The position numbers and the translations under genes are program-made. Positions 1-10,038 of a stretch of DNA of 64,000 nt are shown here, piece by piece. The DNA is from a candidate division FCPU426 bacterium (GTDB taxonomy: Bacteria; Oederibacteriota; Muellerivitia; Muellerivitales; Muellerivitaceae), in NCBI GenBank assembly GCA_963738405.1, contig CAVTWJ010000009.1:224001-288000 (forward strand), given 5' to 3'. A model generated the notes under the pieces. It was not told where the DNA came from. It made no database searches and worked only from the letters and a program-made list of their open reading frames with translations. Position 1 is the first letter of the stretch. The number at the start of each line of letters is the position of its first letter.

Positions 1-68
1 AGTATTGTTCATTTGCTGGGACCGCAACAGCGTTAAATCACGCTGCCTGGGGCCCGGCGACGGGATCT

Positions 69-2183
69 TTGCCTGGCGCGAATGGCGCTGTCAATCCGGG
101 TGGCGCTTCAACGACATTCACCTATGCCATGGCGGTAAGCAACGTTCAATCTTTTGAGTGGCAAACTGAAGCTCCGGTATCAGCCTTGATCAACTATAAG
201 TATTGGGTGAGTCAGGTTTGTGTGGCGGGCACGGGTTGGTTGTCCCCCACGCCACTGCCCACAAGTACATCAGTGGTTACTGTTTTGCCGACCAACACCA
301 ATACAACTTCACCAACGGCTACTGTAAGCCCCACCAAAACAAGCACTCCCACCTTAACGGCGACTCCATCACCTACTCTTGCTAATACGAATACTCCAAC
401 ATCCACAACGACAAAAACGCCTACCTTAACAGTTACGCCTTCTCCTACGTCCACATCGTCTCCGACAGCCACGCCTTCACCTACGTCTGCATCTACTTCT
501 ACCTATACCTATACGCCTTCCCCAACGGTAACCTCAACGGCTACAAGAACCTCTACTTCAACCCTGACCCAGACCTCAACTGTCACCCGGACCAATACCC
601 TCACTCAAACCGCCACCAACACTGGAACACCCACCCAAACTTCTCAGTTCAGTCCCACAAATACCTTGTCTCCGACCGCGACTCTTTCTCCAACGGCAAC
701 AGGAACCTATACTTCGACTTCCACAATGACGCATACACTCACAGCGACTTCAACGGTTACGCAAACTAACACCCCAACAACCACTCAAACATCGACCGCG
801 ACTCGTACCCTCACCGCTACGGTTACTTCTACTCCCACCATAACGGGAACCCCGACTCCAACCTCTCAATTCAGCCCGACGGATACTTTGTCCCCGACCG
901 TGACTCTTTCGCCAACAACGACCGGAACCTTTACCTCTACGAACACCACGACCAATACTCCCACGGTTACGGCAACCGCTACGCCTACTCATACTCTGAC
1001 CGCGACTCAAACCTCTACAGCCACCCGCACCCAAACCGCTACGATGACGCAAACCCCCACGGTGACCGCAACCTCCACTAACACCTCGCAATTCACCCCC
1101 ACCAACACCCTTTCGCCTACCTCCACCATGACCTTTACCACCACCTTCACCACGACCAATACCGGAACAAGCACCTATTCGCCGACCATTACCAACACGC
1201 CCACTATTACGAATACCCCGACTATGACCCTGACCCCGACGTGGACAAATACTTGGACGGTCACTCCCACGATCACCAACACACTGACCTGGACGCCCAC
1301 CTCGACATTTACCATTACGAATACTCCCACCTTTACGCCCAGCTTCACATCAACCTCAACCCAGACGCCCACCCCCACCGCCACCTCAGCGATTGTGGCC
1401 TTGGGCGGGGCAGCCTCAGGAAACGTCAATGTACTTTCGGGAACAAGTAACGTGACATCGGTTCAAGTGAATGTGACCAATTCAAGCGGATCTAACACTA
1501 CCCTGAACACTTTGACGGTGAGCGATTCGGGATCAGGCAGCACCTCTAATATCACAAGCGTCAATGTGGTGATCAACGGAATAATCGTTGGCTCACCCAC
1601 GGTGTTCTCGGGAAATTCGGCAACCATTAATTTGAACAATTATGTTCTGCCCTCCACCACCCAAACGTTGCAGATCGTGGTGAATTATTCAGCAAATGCC
1701 ACGGGGACTTACCAGATGTCCATAGAGAACATGACTGGAACCAGCGCGAATAACGGTGGTCAACCGGCCGAATTTACGGGTCTAGGGGCGACGGGCTATA
1801 ACGTCGATTGCCAACAGCCAACCTTAACGCCCACCTATAGCCCCACCGTGACAAGCACGACTACCCCAACGATCAGCCCGACGCCAACCTTTACGCAAAC
1901 GCCGGTACCGCAGAATTACCCGGTGGTGTATCCGAACCCCGCCGATGGAACGTCTCCGGTGGCGGTTCGTCCTCCCGCCTATACGGGGAATTCGGTTCAC
2001 GTTCAAATCTACACCTTGGCTTACCGCAAGGTGTTTGACCGGAGCTACTCCTACCAATATGGCCATGATCCCCAAATTTCCTTGAAGGATACATGGAACA
2101 ACCCCCTGGCCAGCGGGCTCTATTACGTGGTCGTGACCACCAGCAGCGGCCGAACCATCGGGAAATTGCTGATCCTGCGATAA
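69..2183 (+). CDS. Thr/Ser/Pro-rich surface protein with C-terminal sorting-like (T9SS-CTD/FlgD-Ig-like) domain; probably 5'-truncated by the window edge
   Basis: About 380 aa Thr-rich stalk, a beta-rich domain, then C-terminal YPNP...VQIYTLAYRKV...PLASGLYYVVV...KLLILR; frame appears open to the window start. Confidence 0.8.
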   Translation: MPGANGAVNPGGASTTFTYAMAVSNVQSFEWQTEAPVSALINYKYWVSQVCVAGTGWLSPTPLPTSTSVVTVLPTNTNTTSPTATVSPTKTSTPTLTATPSPTLANTNTPTSTTTKTPTLTVTPSPTSTSSPTATPSPTSASTSTYTYTPSPTVTSTATRTSTSTLTQTSTVTRTNTLTQTATNTGTPTQTSQFSPTNTLSPTATLSPTATGTYTSTSTMTHTLTATSTVTQTNTPTTTQTSTATRTLTATVTSTPTITGTPTPTSQFSPTDTLSPTVTLSPTTTGTFTSTNTTTNTPTVTATATPTHTLTATQTSTATRTQTATMTQTPTVTATSTNTSQFTPTNTLSPTSTMTFTTTFTTTNTGTSTYSPTITNTPTITNTPTMTLTPTWTNTWTVTPTITNTLTWTPTSTFTITNTPTFTPSFTSTSTQTPTPTATSAIVALGGAASGNVNVLSGTSNVTSVQVNVTNSSGSNTTLNTLTVSDSGSGSTSNITSVNVVINGIIVGSPTVFSGNSATINLNNYVLPSTTQTLQIVVNYSANATGTYQMSIENMTGTSANNGGQPAEFTGLGATGYNVDCQQPTLTPTYSPTVTSTTTPTISPTPTFTQTPVPQNYPVVYPNPADGTSPVAVRPPAYTGNSVHVQIYTLAYRKVFDRSYSYQYGHDPQISLKDTWNNPLASGLYYVVVTTSSGRTIGKLLILR
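642..1150 (+). repeat. Degenerate 222-nt (74 aa) intragenic tandem repeat
   Basis: SQF(S/T)PT(N/D)TLSPT units start at 642, 864 and 1086, exactly 222 nt apart. Confidence 0.8.
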
Positions 2184-2447
2184 CAATAGATCAACGTTTA
2201 AGCAGGCCCTTCCTTTTGATGTAAATTACCCGCGTACCTTCCGATAAAATTTTATTTGGTAGCTACTTTTGGGGAAGTTCTTTGCTCGGTTTGCGTTTTT
2301 GTCCTGAGGTTGAAATGAGGTTCTGAAAACCCTCTCAAGCGGGCCCATATTTATCAAGAACTTAAGCTATTTCATGCACAAGGACACTGGTTGACTGGAA
2401 ATGGGATTAATTTTTTCCATTTATCCCTAATTTGACAACATCTGTCC

Positions 2448-2477
2448 TTGACTCGCAAAAAAAAACTCGACTAGAAT
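2448..2477 (+). promoter_or_regulatory. sigma70-like promoter of the Rieske/cytochrome b operon
   Basis: TTGACT-N18-TAGAAT about 90 nt upstream of ATG 2567. Confidence 0.55.
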
Positions 2478-2566
2478 GCGCATGCTTTTTCAATTAGTGT
2501 TTAATCGTCTTTTGCCATGCCGATATAGACTTTCATTTGTCACTGTCCATTGGGAGTTTAGGATCA

Positions 2567-3343
2567 ATGCCTGATCGAAATCTAAGTTTAAAAGGGGTCT
2601 TTTTAACCCTGCTTCTAGCCCTAACCGCGTCTAAAGCCATGGCTTCCAGTGAATTGATGGAATCATTAAAAGTTCTTTCCCCGCTTGGATGGACCATCCT
2701 TTCGATTTGGCTCTTGTACGTTCTTATCCTCTTAATTTTCACACTGCGGTATGTCCTTAAGAACAACGAGACCATACCAGAATTCATTCCAAAGCCGGAA
2801 AAACCAAAAAGTCATAAAGACACTTCGGCTGAAGGTGTGGGCGCTCTAAGCCCTCCCATGACACGCCGTTCCTTTATCACTTTGTTGGGTTGGGCGTGGA
2901 TCGCTTTTACCGCCGCCACCATGGGAGCTCTCACCACTTGTCTTCGTTTTTTCTTTCCGAATGTTACATTCGAGCCGCCTTTAAAATTCAAAGTCGGATT
3001 TCCAGATCAGTTTTCCATTGGGGTGGACAACCGCTTTAAAGATGAACACCGGGTTTGGATCGTCCGCAATGACCAGGGGTTTTATGCCCTTTCCACCATT
3101 TGCACCCATTTGGGATGTACTCCCAACTGGCTTCAGTCGGAACAGAAATTCAAATGTCCCTGCCATGGCAGCGGTTATTACATAACGGGCATCAATTTTG
3201 AAGGTCCTGCGCCCCGGCCCTTGGAACGATTTAATATTACCATTGCGGATGACGGCCAGATCCAGGTGGATGAGGGACAGAAATACCAATATGAACTGGG
3301 GCAATGGGGTTTGCCTGGGGCTTTTTTAGATTACAAAGCATGA
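2567..3343 (+). CDS. petC: Rieske [2Fe-2S] subunit of a Rieske/cytochrome b complex, with N-terminal extension
   Basis: CTHLGC and CPCHGSGY boxes, GPAPRPL, internal twin-arginine TRRSF before a TM helix; ATG 2567 preferred over TTG 2537. Confidence 0.93.
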   Translation: MPDRNLSLKGVFLTLLLALTASKAMASSELMESLKVLSPLGWTILSIWLLYVLILLIFTLRYVLKNNETIPEFIPKPEKPKSHKDTSAEGVGALSPPMTRRSFITLLGWAWIAFTAATMGALTTCLRFFFPNVTFEPPLKFKVGFPDQFSIGVDNRFKDEHRVWIVRNDQGFYALSTICTHLGCTPNWLQSEQKFKCPCHGSGYYITGINFEGPAPRPLERFNITIADDGQIQVDEGQKYQYELGQWGLPGAFLDYKA

Positions 3344-3373
3344 CGAGTTGGTTTGAGCGAAAGGGGAATTTGA

Positions 3374-4204
3374 ATGTTTGACGGACTTAAAAAGAAGGTT
3401 GATGAACTAAAAGCCCAGGCGCCTTCGCCCGAGGTGGTCAAACAATCCATCGCCCAAGGCCAGATTTGGAAATCTATTTTCCGCCACGGTTATCCTGACA
3501 CCCCTCGAAACCGCATCATGGCGGTGCTCTCGAACGTATTTCTTCACCTTCATCCGGTCAAGGCGCGTTATTCGGGTATCAAGATGAGCTATACCTGGTG
3601 CATGGGCGGGTTGTCTTTCTTTCTTTTCCTGGTTTTGACTGTCACCGGAGTCCTTTTGATGTTCTACTACCGGCCCACTGCCGAATATGCTTATTACGAC
3701 ATCATCGCCTTGCGCGAGCATGTGCCCCTTGGAATCATGCGGGAACTGCACCGATGGGGCGCCCATGCGATGGTCATTACGGTTTGGCTGCACATGTTCC
3801 GGGTTTTTATGACCGGATCCTACAAGCCGCCCCGTGAGTTTAACTGGGTGGTGGGAGTTCTTTTGTTGGTTCTGACCCTCCTTCTTTCTTTCACCGGTTA
3901 TCTTTTGCCGTGGGATCAATTGGCCATGTGGGCTATTACCGTTGGAACCAATATGGCGCGTGCCACTCCCTTTATGGGTTATGAGGGCCCTGGAGCGTCC
4001 ATGATTCAGATCGGGGGCGTGAAGCTGGTTCACGGCGGCTCGGACATTCATTTCGCCCTTCTCGGGGGTCATTTCGTTTCGGAAGCCACCTTGCTTCGTT
4101 TTTACGTGCTTCATTGCGTGTTTATTCCGCTGGTCGCGGCAACACTCATGGCCATCCATTTTTGGCGAGTGCGAAAAGACGGCGGTATTTCCGGGCCGCT
4201 GTAA
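3374..4204 (+). CDS. petB: Cytochrome b6-like subunit (N-terminal half of split cytochrome b)
   Basis: [14 protein letters not shown] heme helix, [15 protein letters not shown]...AIHF, C-terminal GISGPL, WCMGG. Confidence 0.93.
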   Translation: MFDGLKKKVDELKAQAPSPEVVKQSIAQGQIWKSIFRHGYPDTPRNRIMAVLSNVFLHLHPVKARYSGIKMSYTWCMGGLSFFLFLVLTVTGVLLMFYYRPTAEYAYYDIIALREHVPLGIMRELHRWGAHAMVITVWLHMFRVFMTGSYKPPREFNWVVGVLLLVLTLLLSFTGYLLPWDQLAMWAITVGTNMARATPFMGYEGPGASMIQIGGVKLVHGGSDIHFALLGGHFVSEATLLRFYVLHCVFIPLVAATLMAIHFWRVRKDGGISGPL

Positions 4205-4232
4205 TAAGACCCGTTACATTTAAAGAGGTTTC

Positions 4233-5318
4233 ATGCAATTTCTGATCGACTTTACCAACTTCCTGTTTCAGCCCTGGATGTATTTTCTGTTAAGCGTTTT
4301 GGCATTCTGGGCCATGATTCGCTACCGGGAAACTTGGACAGAACCCAAATTCGCCCTCAAGATGGTGGCGGGAGTATTGGGTGTTCTGCTTCTTTCGCTG
4401 CTCAACGGACACTTCAGAGATATCTCCACAAAAGCAGATAATTTTCCCATTTTTATCATGGTGTTTTCCGTGGCTTTCTTTACCTGGCTTTCTTTTCGCC
4501 AAGCAGTGGTCAATGACCGGCGTATCTCGCAAGGCCAGCCCCCGGTTGAGAAGGAAACTTCTGATAAAAAAACCTATGTTTGGCCCGATTTGGTTTATAT
4601 CGAATTTATTGCGACCATCATCGGCGGGGTCTTGCTCCTCATCTGGTCTTTGGTTTTACACGCGCCCTTAGAAGAATCGGCGACCCCCGCATGGACCCCC
4701 AATCCTTCCAAAGCGCCCTGGTACTTTTTGGGCCTTCAAGAGATGCTGGTTTATTACGACCCTTGGCTTGCCGGGGTGGTCTTTCCCAGCCTGATCATCG
4801 TTGGCTTAATGGCCATTCCCTATATCGACAAAAACCCCAAGGGTTCGGGCTACTACACGTTTAATGAGCGCCAATGGGCGATCACGCCCTTCCTGTTTGG
4901 CTTTTTTATCCTTTGGGTAACCCTCATATTCCTCGGAACCTTTCTCCGCGGGCCGGCTTGGAACTTTTTTGGACCTTTTGAGGCCTGGGACGCTCACAAG
5001 GTTGTGGTGCTAAATAACGTGAATCTTTCCGAATACATTTGGGTAAAAATATTGGGAATTGGCCTGCCTCATTTTTGGCTTTTGCGCGAACTGCCGGGGT
5101 TTTTGCTGGTGGGTTTTTACCTCGTCGGCCTGCCGCCTCTCCTGACCAAAAGGTTTAAGATACTTCAAGATTTTCTTGAGAAGATGGGCATTGTCCGTTA
5201 CGGGATTTTAATTAATTTGGCCCTTCTCATGGCCGCTTTGCCCATCAAGATGATTCTTCGCTGGGTCTTGAACTTAAAGTACATCGTGGCGATCCCCGAG
5301 TTTTTCTTTAACATTTAG
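4233..5318 (+). CDS. Cytochrome b subunit IV-like membrane protein with extra TM helices
   Basis: VWPDLV...APLEE.A.P..TPNPSKAPWYFLGLQE, IPYIDKNP; follows petB. Confidence 0.85.
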   Translation: MQFLIDFTNFLFQPWMYFLLSVLAFWAMIRYRETWTEPKFALKMVAGVLGVLLLSLLNGHFRDISTKADNFPIFIMVFSVAFFTWLSFRQAVVNDRRISQGQPPVEKETSDKKTYVWPDLVYIEFIATIIGGVLLLIWSLVLHAPLEESATPAWTPNPSKAPWYFLGLQEMLVYYDPWLAGVVFPSLIIVGLMAIPYIDKNPKGSGYYTFNERQWAITPFLFGFFILWVTLIFLGTFLRGPAWNFFGPFEAWDAHKVVVLNNVNLSEYIWVKILGIGLPHFWLLRELPGFLLVGFYLVGLPPLLTKRFKILQDFLEKMGIVRYGILINLALLMAALPIKMILRWVLNLKYIVAIPEFFFNI

Positions 5319-5333
5319 AAAAAGGAAATAGCC

Positions 5334-8135
5334 TTGGCCGACTTCAAAGACGAACGGGTTTATAACAGCCATACCTTGACCGTTGTTTTTTTATGGTCCA
5401 GTTTGGCGCTTTTGGTCTGCGTGATCGCCATGGCTTGGTTCGATTACAGCCGCCCCTGGAAAGACTACCAGCGCCGTTTCATACGTTTGGAGCGTCAAAA
5501 GGCCCTTGAGAATCGCAACGAGGCCAAGGGCGAAATTGACATGGCCCAGTACAAGCAGTTGTTGATCGACAAAAAGGACGCCGAAAAGGAATTGAAATCC
5601 CGACAGGATGTTCTGGACCATATCCAGAGCCAGCAAGCGGACCTCGACAACCAAATCTACAAAACCAACATGGTTTATCAGGTTACCAAAGCTAAAATTG
5701 ACGCGGCTAAATATGATTATTCAGAACATTATCTCAAGGCGGGTGCCGACAATCCAAGCCTTAAGAAAAACATCGATCAGCTAGTCGATAACGCTGCGGC
5801 GTTGAGCCAGAAATTACTCGACTTTAAACAATCGAGAGCCGACGCCGATAAACAAATGGCCGACCTGACCGCCCAACGGGACGCGGTTCAGGACAAGATC
5901 ACCACTCTTCGAAAACAATTTGACTTTTATCAAACCCAGGCAAAAAGTTTCAAGCAAGACTGGTTTTTCGATTTTCGAAACGCCATGTTATTCGATTTTA
6001 TGGCACCCACCATTCATATTCAGCAGGTGGTGTTGAACAATCTTCCGGAAGACCTTTATTTCGCCAAGACCATGCGGGTGGACCGCTGTACGACCTGCCA
6101 TCAGGCCATCGACAAAAAGGGTTATGAGGACGCCCCCGAACCTTTCCGTACCCATCCCCATTTGGATCTTTTCTTGGGCGCCACCAGCCCCCACCCGATC
6201 GATAAGGTTGGATGTACCATCTGCCATGGCGGAGTGGGTGCTGCGGTTAATTTCAACACATGCGCCCATGTACCCAATGACGAGGATGAGGCGAAGAAAT
6301 GGAAAGCCCAATATGGATGGAAAGAGCCTGAGGGTGTTGCCGAGCCCATGCTGCCTCTCAAGTACACCGAAGGCTCCTGCCTGAAATGCCATGGAAATCA
6401 ACAACATGTCAACTTCGCTCCCAAGTTGGACAAGGGCCGTGAACTAATGGTGGTTCGGGGTTGCGTGGGCTGTCACAAGGTGAAAAACCTGGAGGGGCTC
6501 CCCAAAGCAGGGCCAAACCTTTTAAGGGTGAAAGGGAAGCTCAAAAAAGAATTTGTATTGAAGTGGGTTTGGTCGCCCCGTTCCTATAATCCTGCGGCCA
6601 AGATGCCGAGTTATTTCCAACAGACCAATAACTCCGATGATGAGGGTTTGGCCAAAACCAAGGCCGAGATGACGTCGATCGTTGATTATCTCTTCGACCA
6701 TTCAGGGGACTACACACCCAATGAGGCTCCAGGGCCGGGAAGCGCCAAGGTCGGTAAAAAATTATTCCACGATGTAGGCTGCGCGGCCTGCCATGGCATG
6801 GACGACATCACCGGTTATCACGCGGTCTTTGCGCCCGATCTATCCTCTGTGGGAAGCAAACTTTCTCCTTCTTGGATCTATACCTGGATCCGCAACCCGC
6901 GCCACTACGATCCCGAAACCCGAATGCCCCAACTTCGCCTCTCGCCTCAGGAAGCTTCGGATATTACGGCTTATTTGGAAACCAAGAAGAACAAGGATTT
7001 CGAGGCGCTTGATCCGCCCGTCGCCGACCCGGCTGTGCGCGACTCCCTTTTGGTGGATTACCTGGCCGTCCAATCTGGCCCCAAGGCCGCCCAAGCGCAA
7101 GTGGCCCAGATGACCGACGATGAAAAGGAACTGCTTCTCGGCCAGAAGAGCCTGGTGAAATACGGCTGCTACGGGTGCCACATGATCGTGGGATTCGAGA
7201 CAGCCCAGGGAATCGGTACCGAACTTTCCGAATGGGGAAGCAAGCAGATCAGCCAAATCGATTTCGGCTTCACCGACGTGGACCATACCCACGCGGGTTT
7301 CATCAATGCTAAGCTTTCCAATCCCCGCCAATTCGACAAGGACAAGGTTCAGGCCTTCCAAGACCGCCTGAAGATGCCTAACTTTAACCTGTCGGATGAA
7401 GATCGGGACGCGATCATGACCGCCGTCCTTGGCCTCACCAAAACCTATGTTCCGGACGAAATGACCGCGGGTATCCACGGCAACGGGCCCCTTCTGGAAA
7501 AAGGGCGTCGCGTGATTGCCAAGTTCAACTGCCGGGGCTGTCATTTGATTGAGGATCAGGGCGGAAAGATCCGCGCCATGTACGAAAACGAGGGTACGGA
7601 CCTTTCGCTGGCGCCCCCAAATTTACGTAAAGAAGGGGCCAAGCTCCAAATCGACTGGTTCCATAATTTCCTCATGGGACCTCACCCAATCCGTCCCTGG
7701 CTTCATATCCGTATGCCCAGCTTCCATTGGTCTGACGAGGATGTGAGCGCGGTTATCACCTATTTCAACGCCAAGGAAGACCAGGTGTTCCCTTTCAAGA
7801 CGGCGGAAACCAACGTTCTAAGGGGAGACGACTTGATTCAGGCTAAACAGCTTTTTGCCAAGCTGCAGTGCCAAAAATGCCATGTGTTGGGAAGCAAGAT
7901 TCCGCCGGACCTCAACTCCGCCGCTCCGGACCTCTATCAGGTGCATGAGCGCCTGAAGCCGGACTGGGTTGTGGAGTGGCTCAAGAATCCGGATGATCTT
8001 ATGCCGGGTACCCGCATGCCGGGCTTCTGGCCGCAGGATGTCTCCCCCGCTCCCCATTATTTCCAGGGCAACGCCCTGAAACAGCGGGAAGCCTTGCGCG
8101 ACTATCTCTTTATGTTCTGGAAAAACGCCCAATAA
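5334..8135 (+). CDS. Membrane-anchored octaheme cytochrome c with coiled-coil stalk
   Basis: Eight CxxCH motifs (CTTCH, CTICH, CLKCH, CVGCH, CAACH, CYGCH, CRGCH, CQKCH), N-terminal TM, heptad-rich region of about 150 aa; TTG start after AGGA. Confidence 0.92.
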   Translation: MADFKDERVYNSHTLTVVFLWSSLALLVCVIAMAWFDYSRPWKDYQRRFIRLERQKALENRNEAKGEIDMAQYKQLLIDKKDAEKELKSRQDVLDHIQSQQADLDNQIYKTNMVYQVTKAKIDAAKYDYSEHYLKAGADNPSLKKNIDQLVDNAAALSQKLLDFKQSRADADKQMADLTAQRDAVQDKITTLRKQFDFYQTQAKSFKQDWFFDFRNAMLFDFMAPTIHIQQVVLNNLPEDLYFAKTMRVDRCTTCHQAIDKKGYEDAPEPFRTHPHLDLFLGATSPHPIDKVGCTICHGGVGAAVNFNTCAHVPNDEDEAKKWKAQYGWKEPEGVAEPMLPLKYTEGSCLKCHGNQQHVNFAPKLDKGRELMVVRGCVGCHKVKNLEGLPKAGPNLLRVKGKLKKEFVLKWVWSPRSYNPAAKMPSYFQQTNNSDDEGLAKTKAEMTSIVDYLFDHSGDYTPNEAPGPGSAKVGKKLFHDVGCAACHGMDDITGYHAVFAPDLSSVGSKLSPSWIYTWIRNPRHYDPETRMPQLRLSPQEASDITAYLETKKNKDFEALDPPVADPAVRDSLLVDYLAVQSGPKAAQAQVAQMTDDEKELLLGQKSLVKYGCYGCHMIVGFETAQGIGTELSEWGSKQISQIDFGFTDVDHTHAGFINAKLSNPRQFDKDKVQAFQDRLKMPNFNLSDEDRDAIMTAVLGLTKTYVPDEMTAGIHGNGPLLEKGRRVIAKFNCRGCHLIEDQGGKIRAMYENEGTDLSLAPPNLRKEGAKLQIDWFHNFLMGPHPIRPWLHIRMPSFHWSDEDVSAVITYFNAKEDQVFPFKTAETNVLRGDDLIQAKQLFAKLQCQKCHVLGSKIPPDLNSAAPDLYQVHERLKPDWVVEWLKNPDDLMPGTRMPGFWPQDVSPAPHYFQGNALKQREALRDYLFMFWKNAQ

Positions 8136-8259
8136 ACAACCTGGCCTGGGGCGTGCTTGCATTGCGTTCCATACCGGTCTAGAGTAAAAAAACTCGCGAG
8201 ATTCACCGCGCCCTCTCTTCAAAGGGGGCCAACGGCAATAGAAATTTGAGGAGGATGGG

Positions 8260-9030
8260 ATGGAACTGAATAAATACCTGGCTTTGCTTTTGATCGCGGG
8301 GCTTACGGTGGCCGGATGTGGAAAAAGCGACGATGATGATTTGACGGCGGGCGGCGGAAGTTCAGCCGGTTCCTCGGCCTCGGCGGTCATGGGTACCGCC
8401 TCAGTCTCTGGAAAAGTCACATTAACCGGCAAGGCGCCCCAGCAGGCAGTGATTAGTTTCGAGGCGGACCCGGTTTGCAAGGCCCAACACACCGGAACCA
8501 CCTATGACGAAACGGTCGTGGCGGACGCCAAGGGCGATTTGGCCAACGTGCTGGTTTATGTCAAGGAAGGTGCAGGCAACTATCCCGCCCCCTCCACCGG
8601 CGTGACCCTTCTTCAAAAGGGCTGCCAGTATCACCCGCATGTTTTTGGAATCCAGGTTAACCAGCCACTGGAAATCATGAACGGCGATAATACCCTTCAC
8701 AACGTGCACGCCATGCCGGTCATCAACGACGCCTTCAACGTGGGCCAGCCCAGCCAGGGAATGGTGACGGAAAAGAAATTCACCAAGCCGGAGATGCCCG
8801 TCAAGTTCAAATGCGATGTGCATAGCTGGATGCATTGCATGACAGGGGTCTTTACCAATCCCTTTTTCTCTGTTTCGGACACCGATGGCAGCTTCAAAAT
8901 CAGCGGCCTGCCTGCCGGGTCCTACACCTTGGTAGCCTACCAGGAAAAATATGGCGAATCGGCCCCGCAGAAGATTGATATCAAGGATGGGGAAGCCAAG
9001 AGCGTCAATTTCACCTTCACAGCTCAGTAA
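8260..9030 (+). CDS. Lipoprotein with cupredoxin-like and carboxypeptidase-regulatory-like domains
   Basis: Lipobox VAGC; HNVH and KCDVHSWM resemble type-1 copper ligand spacing; GSFKISGLPAGSYTL. Confidence 0.75.
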   Translation: MELNKYLALLLIAGLTVAGCGKSDDDDLTAGGGSSAGSSASAVMGTASVSGKVTLTGKAPQQAVISFEADPVCKAQHTGTTYDETVVADAKGDLANVLVYVKEGAGNYPAPSTGVTLLQKGCQYHPHVFGIQVNQPLEIMNGDNTLHNVHAMPVINDAFNVGQPSQGMVTEKKFTKPEMPVKFKCDVHSWMHCMTGVFTNPFFSVSDTDGSFKISGLPAGSYTLVAYQEKYGESAPQKIDIKDGEAKSVNFTFTAQ

Positions 9031-9057
9031 TTTCCCGTAAAATCTAAGTAGTTTCTT

Positions 9058-9088
9058 AAGGCTCCGGCTTGATACCGGGGCCTTTTTT
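9058..9088 (+). terminator. Rho-independent terminator
   Basis: AGGCTCCGG-loop-CCGGGGCCT followed by a T run. Confidence 0.65.
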
Positions 9089-9111
9089 CTGGGTTCTGCC
9101 CGGAGGTTTTC

Positions 9112-10038
9112 TTGCCCCCTGAACAAAAAATCCATTACAACCGACCCCTTCACCGATACGTTTTCGTGACGGCGGGCTGCACCTTCTTTTTGGTGTTGGC
9201 GGGAGCCCTGGTCACCAGCACAGGATCAAGTCTTTCGGTGCCGGATTGGCCCCTTTCCTTCGGTACCTTTTTTCCCCACATGACCGGCGGAGTGTTTTTT
9301 GAACACGGCCACCGCCTGGTTGCGGGTACGGTGACCCTCCTGACTTTGGGGCAGGCCCTATTTGCCCAAAAAGTCGAACAGCGGGGCTGGGTCAAGGTAT
9401 TGGCATGGGTTTCGGTCGGTGCGGTATTGGTTCAGGCGGTTCTAGGCGGGGTTACCGTTCTCATGCATTTACCCACGGCTGTTTCCGTCGCCCATGCGGG
9501 TCTTGCCCAATTGTTCCTTTGTTTAAACGTCTCCATGGCCCTAGTGACCTCGAAATCATGGATATGGGATCATCCCTCTCGGCTTTACTTTAACCACGTA
9601 AGAAACATTTCTCCCTGGATCTTGGGCGCGGTTTACCTGCAGATCCTCATCGGCGCAGTGATGCGCCATAGCGGGGCGGGGTTGGCCATCCCTGATTTTC
9701 CCACCTGTTTTGGCGGGTTGATCCCCCTGGACTGGACCTTTCCCATCCTTATCAACTATCTTCACCGGCTGGGGGCACTGGCGGTTTTAGGGCTGCTCAC
9801 CCGGATTTCTTTTCAGGTTTGTTACCGGTACCCCGAGGAAAAGTCCCTTTTTTGGCCTGCGGCCTTCGCGGGTTTTCTGGTATGGGTCCAGTGTTTTTTG
9901 GGGATGATGGTGGTGGTAACCCAAAAAGACGTCATCCCCACATCGGTTCATGTCCTCACGGGCGCGGGGGTTCTGGCGAGTACTCTCATTTTGACCTTGA
10001 ACAGTTTGCGTCTTTTTAAGCCGGCGGTAAAAACATGA
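9112..10038 (+). CDS. ctaA: Heme A synthase (COX15/CtaA)
   Basis: GALVTSTGSSLSVPDWP, FEHGHR, VAH, YLHR, SVH; about 8 TM. Confidence 0.9.
   Translation: MPPEQKIHYNRPLHRYVFVTAGCTFFLVLAGALVTSTGSSLSVPDWPLSFGTFFPHMTGGVFFEHGHRLVAGTVTLLTLGQALFAQKVEQRGWVKVLAWVSVGAVLVQAVLGGVTVLMHLPTAVSVAHAGLAQLFLCLNVSMALVTSKSWIWDHPSRLYFNHVRNISPWILGAVYLQILIGAVMRHSGAGLAIPDFPTCFGGLIPLDWTFPILINYLHRLGALAVLGLLTRISFQVCYRYPEEKSLFWPAAFAGFLVWVQCFLGMMVVVTQKDVIPTSVHVLTGAGVLASTLILTLNSLRLFKPAVKT

Noticed and set aside
250..1390. Repetitive DNA as a possible CRISPR array
   Set aside because: ACN-codon periodicity of a Thr-rich coding region; no identical repeats with unique spacers and no cas genes
2432..2447. TTGACAACATCTGTCC as an FNR box
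   Set aside because: Does not fit TTGAT-N4-ATCAA; only a 4-bp dyad
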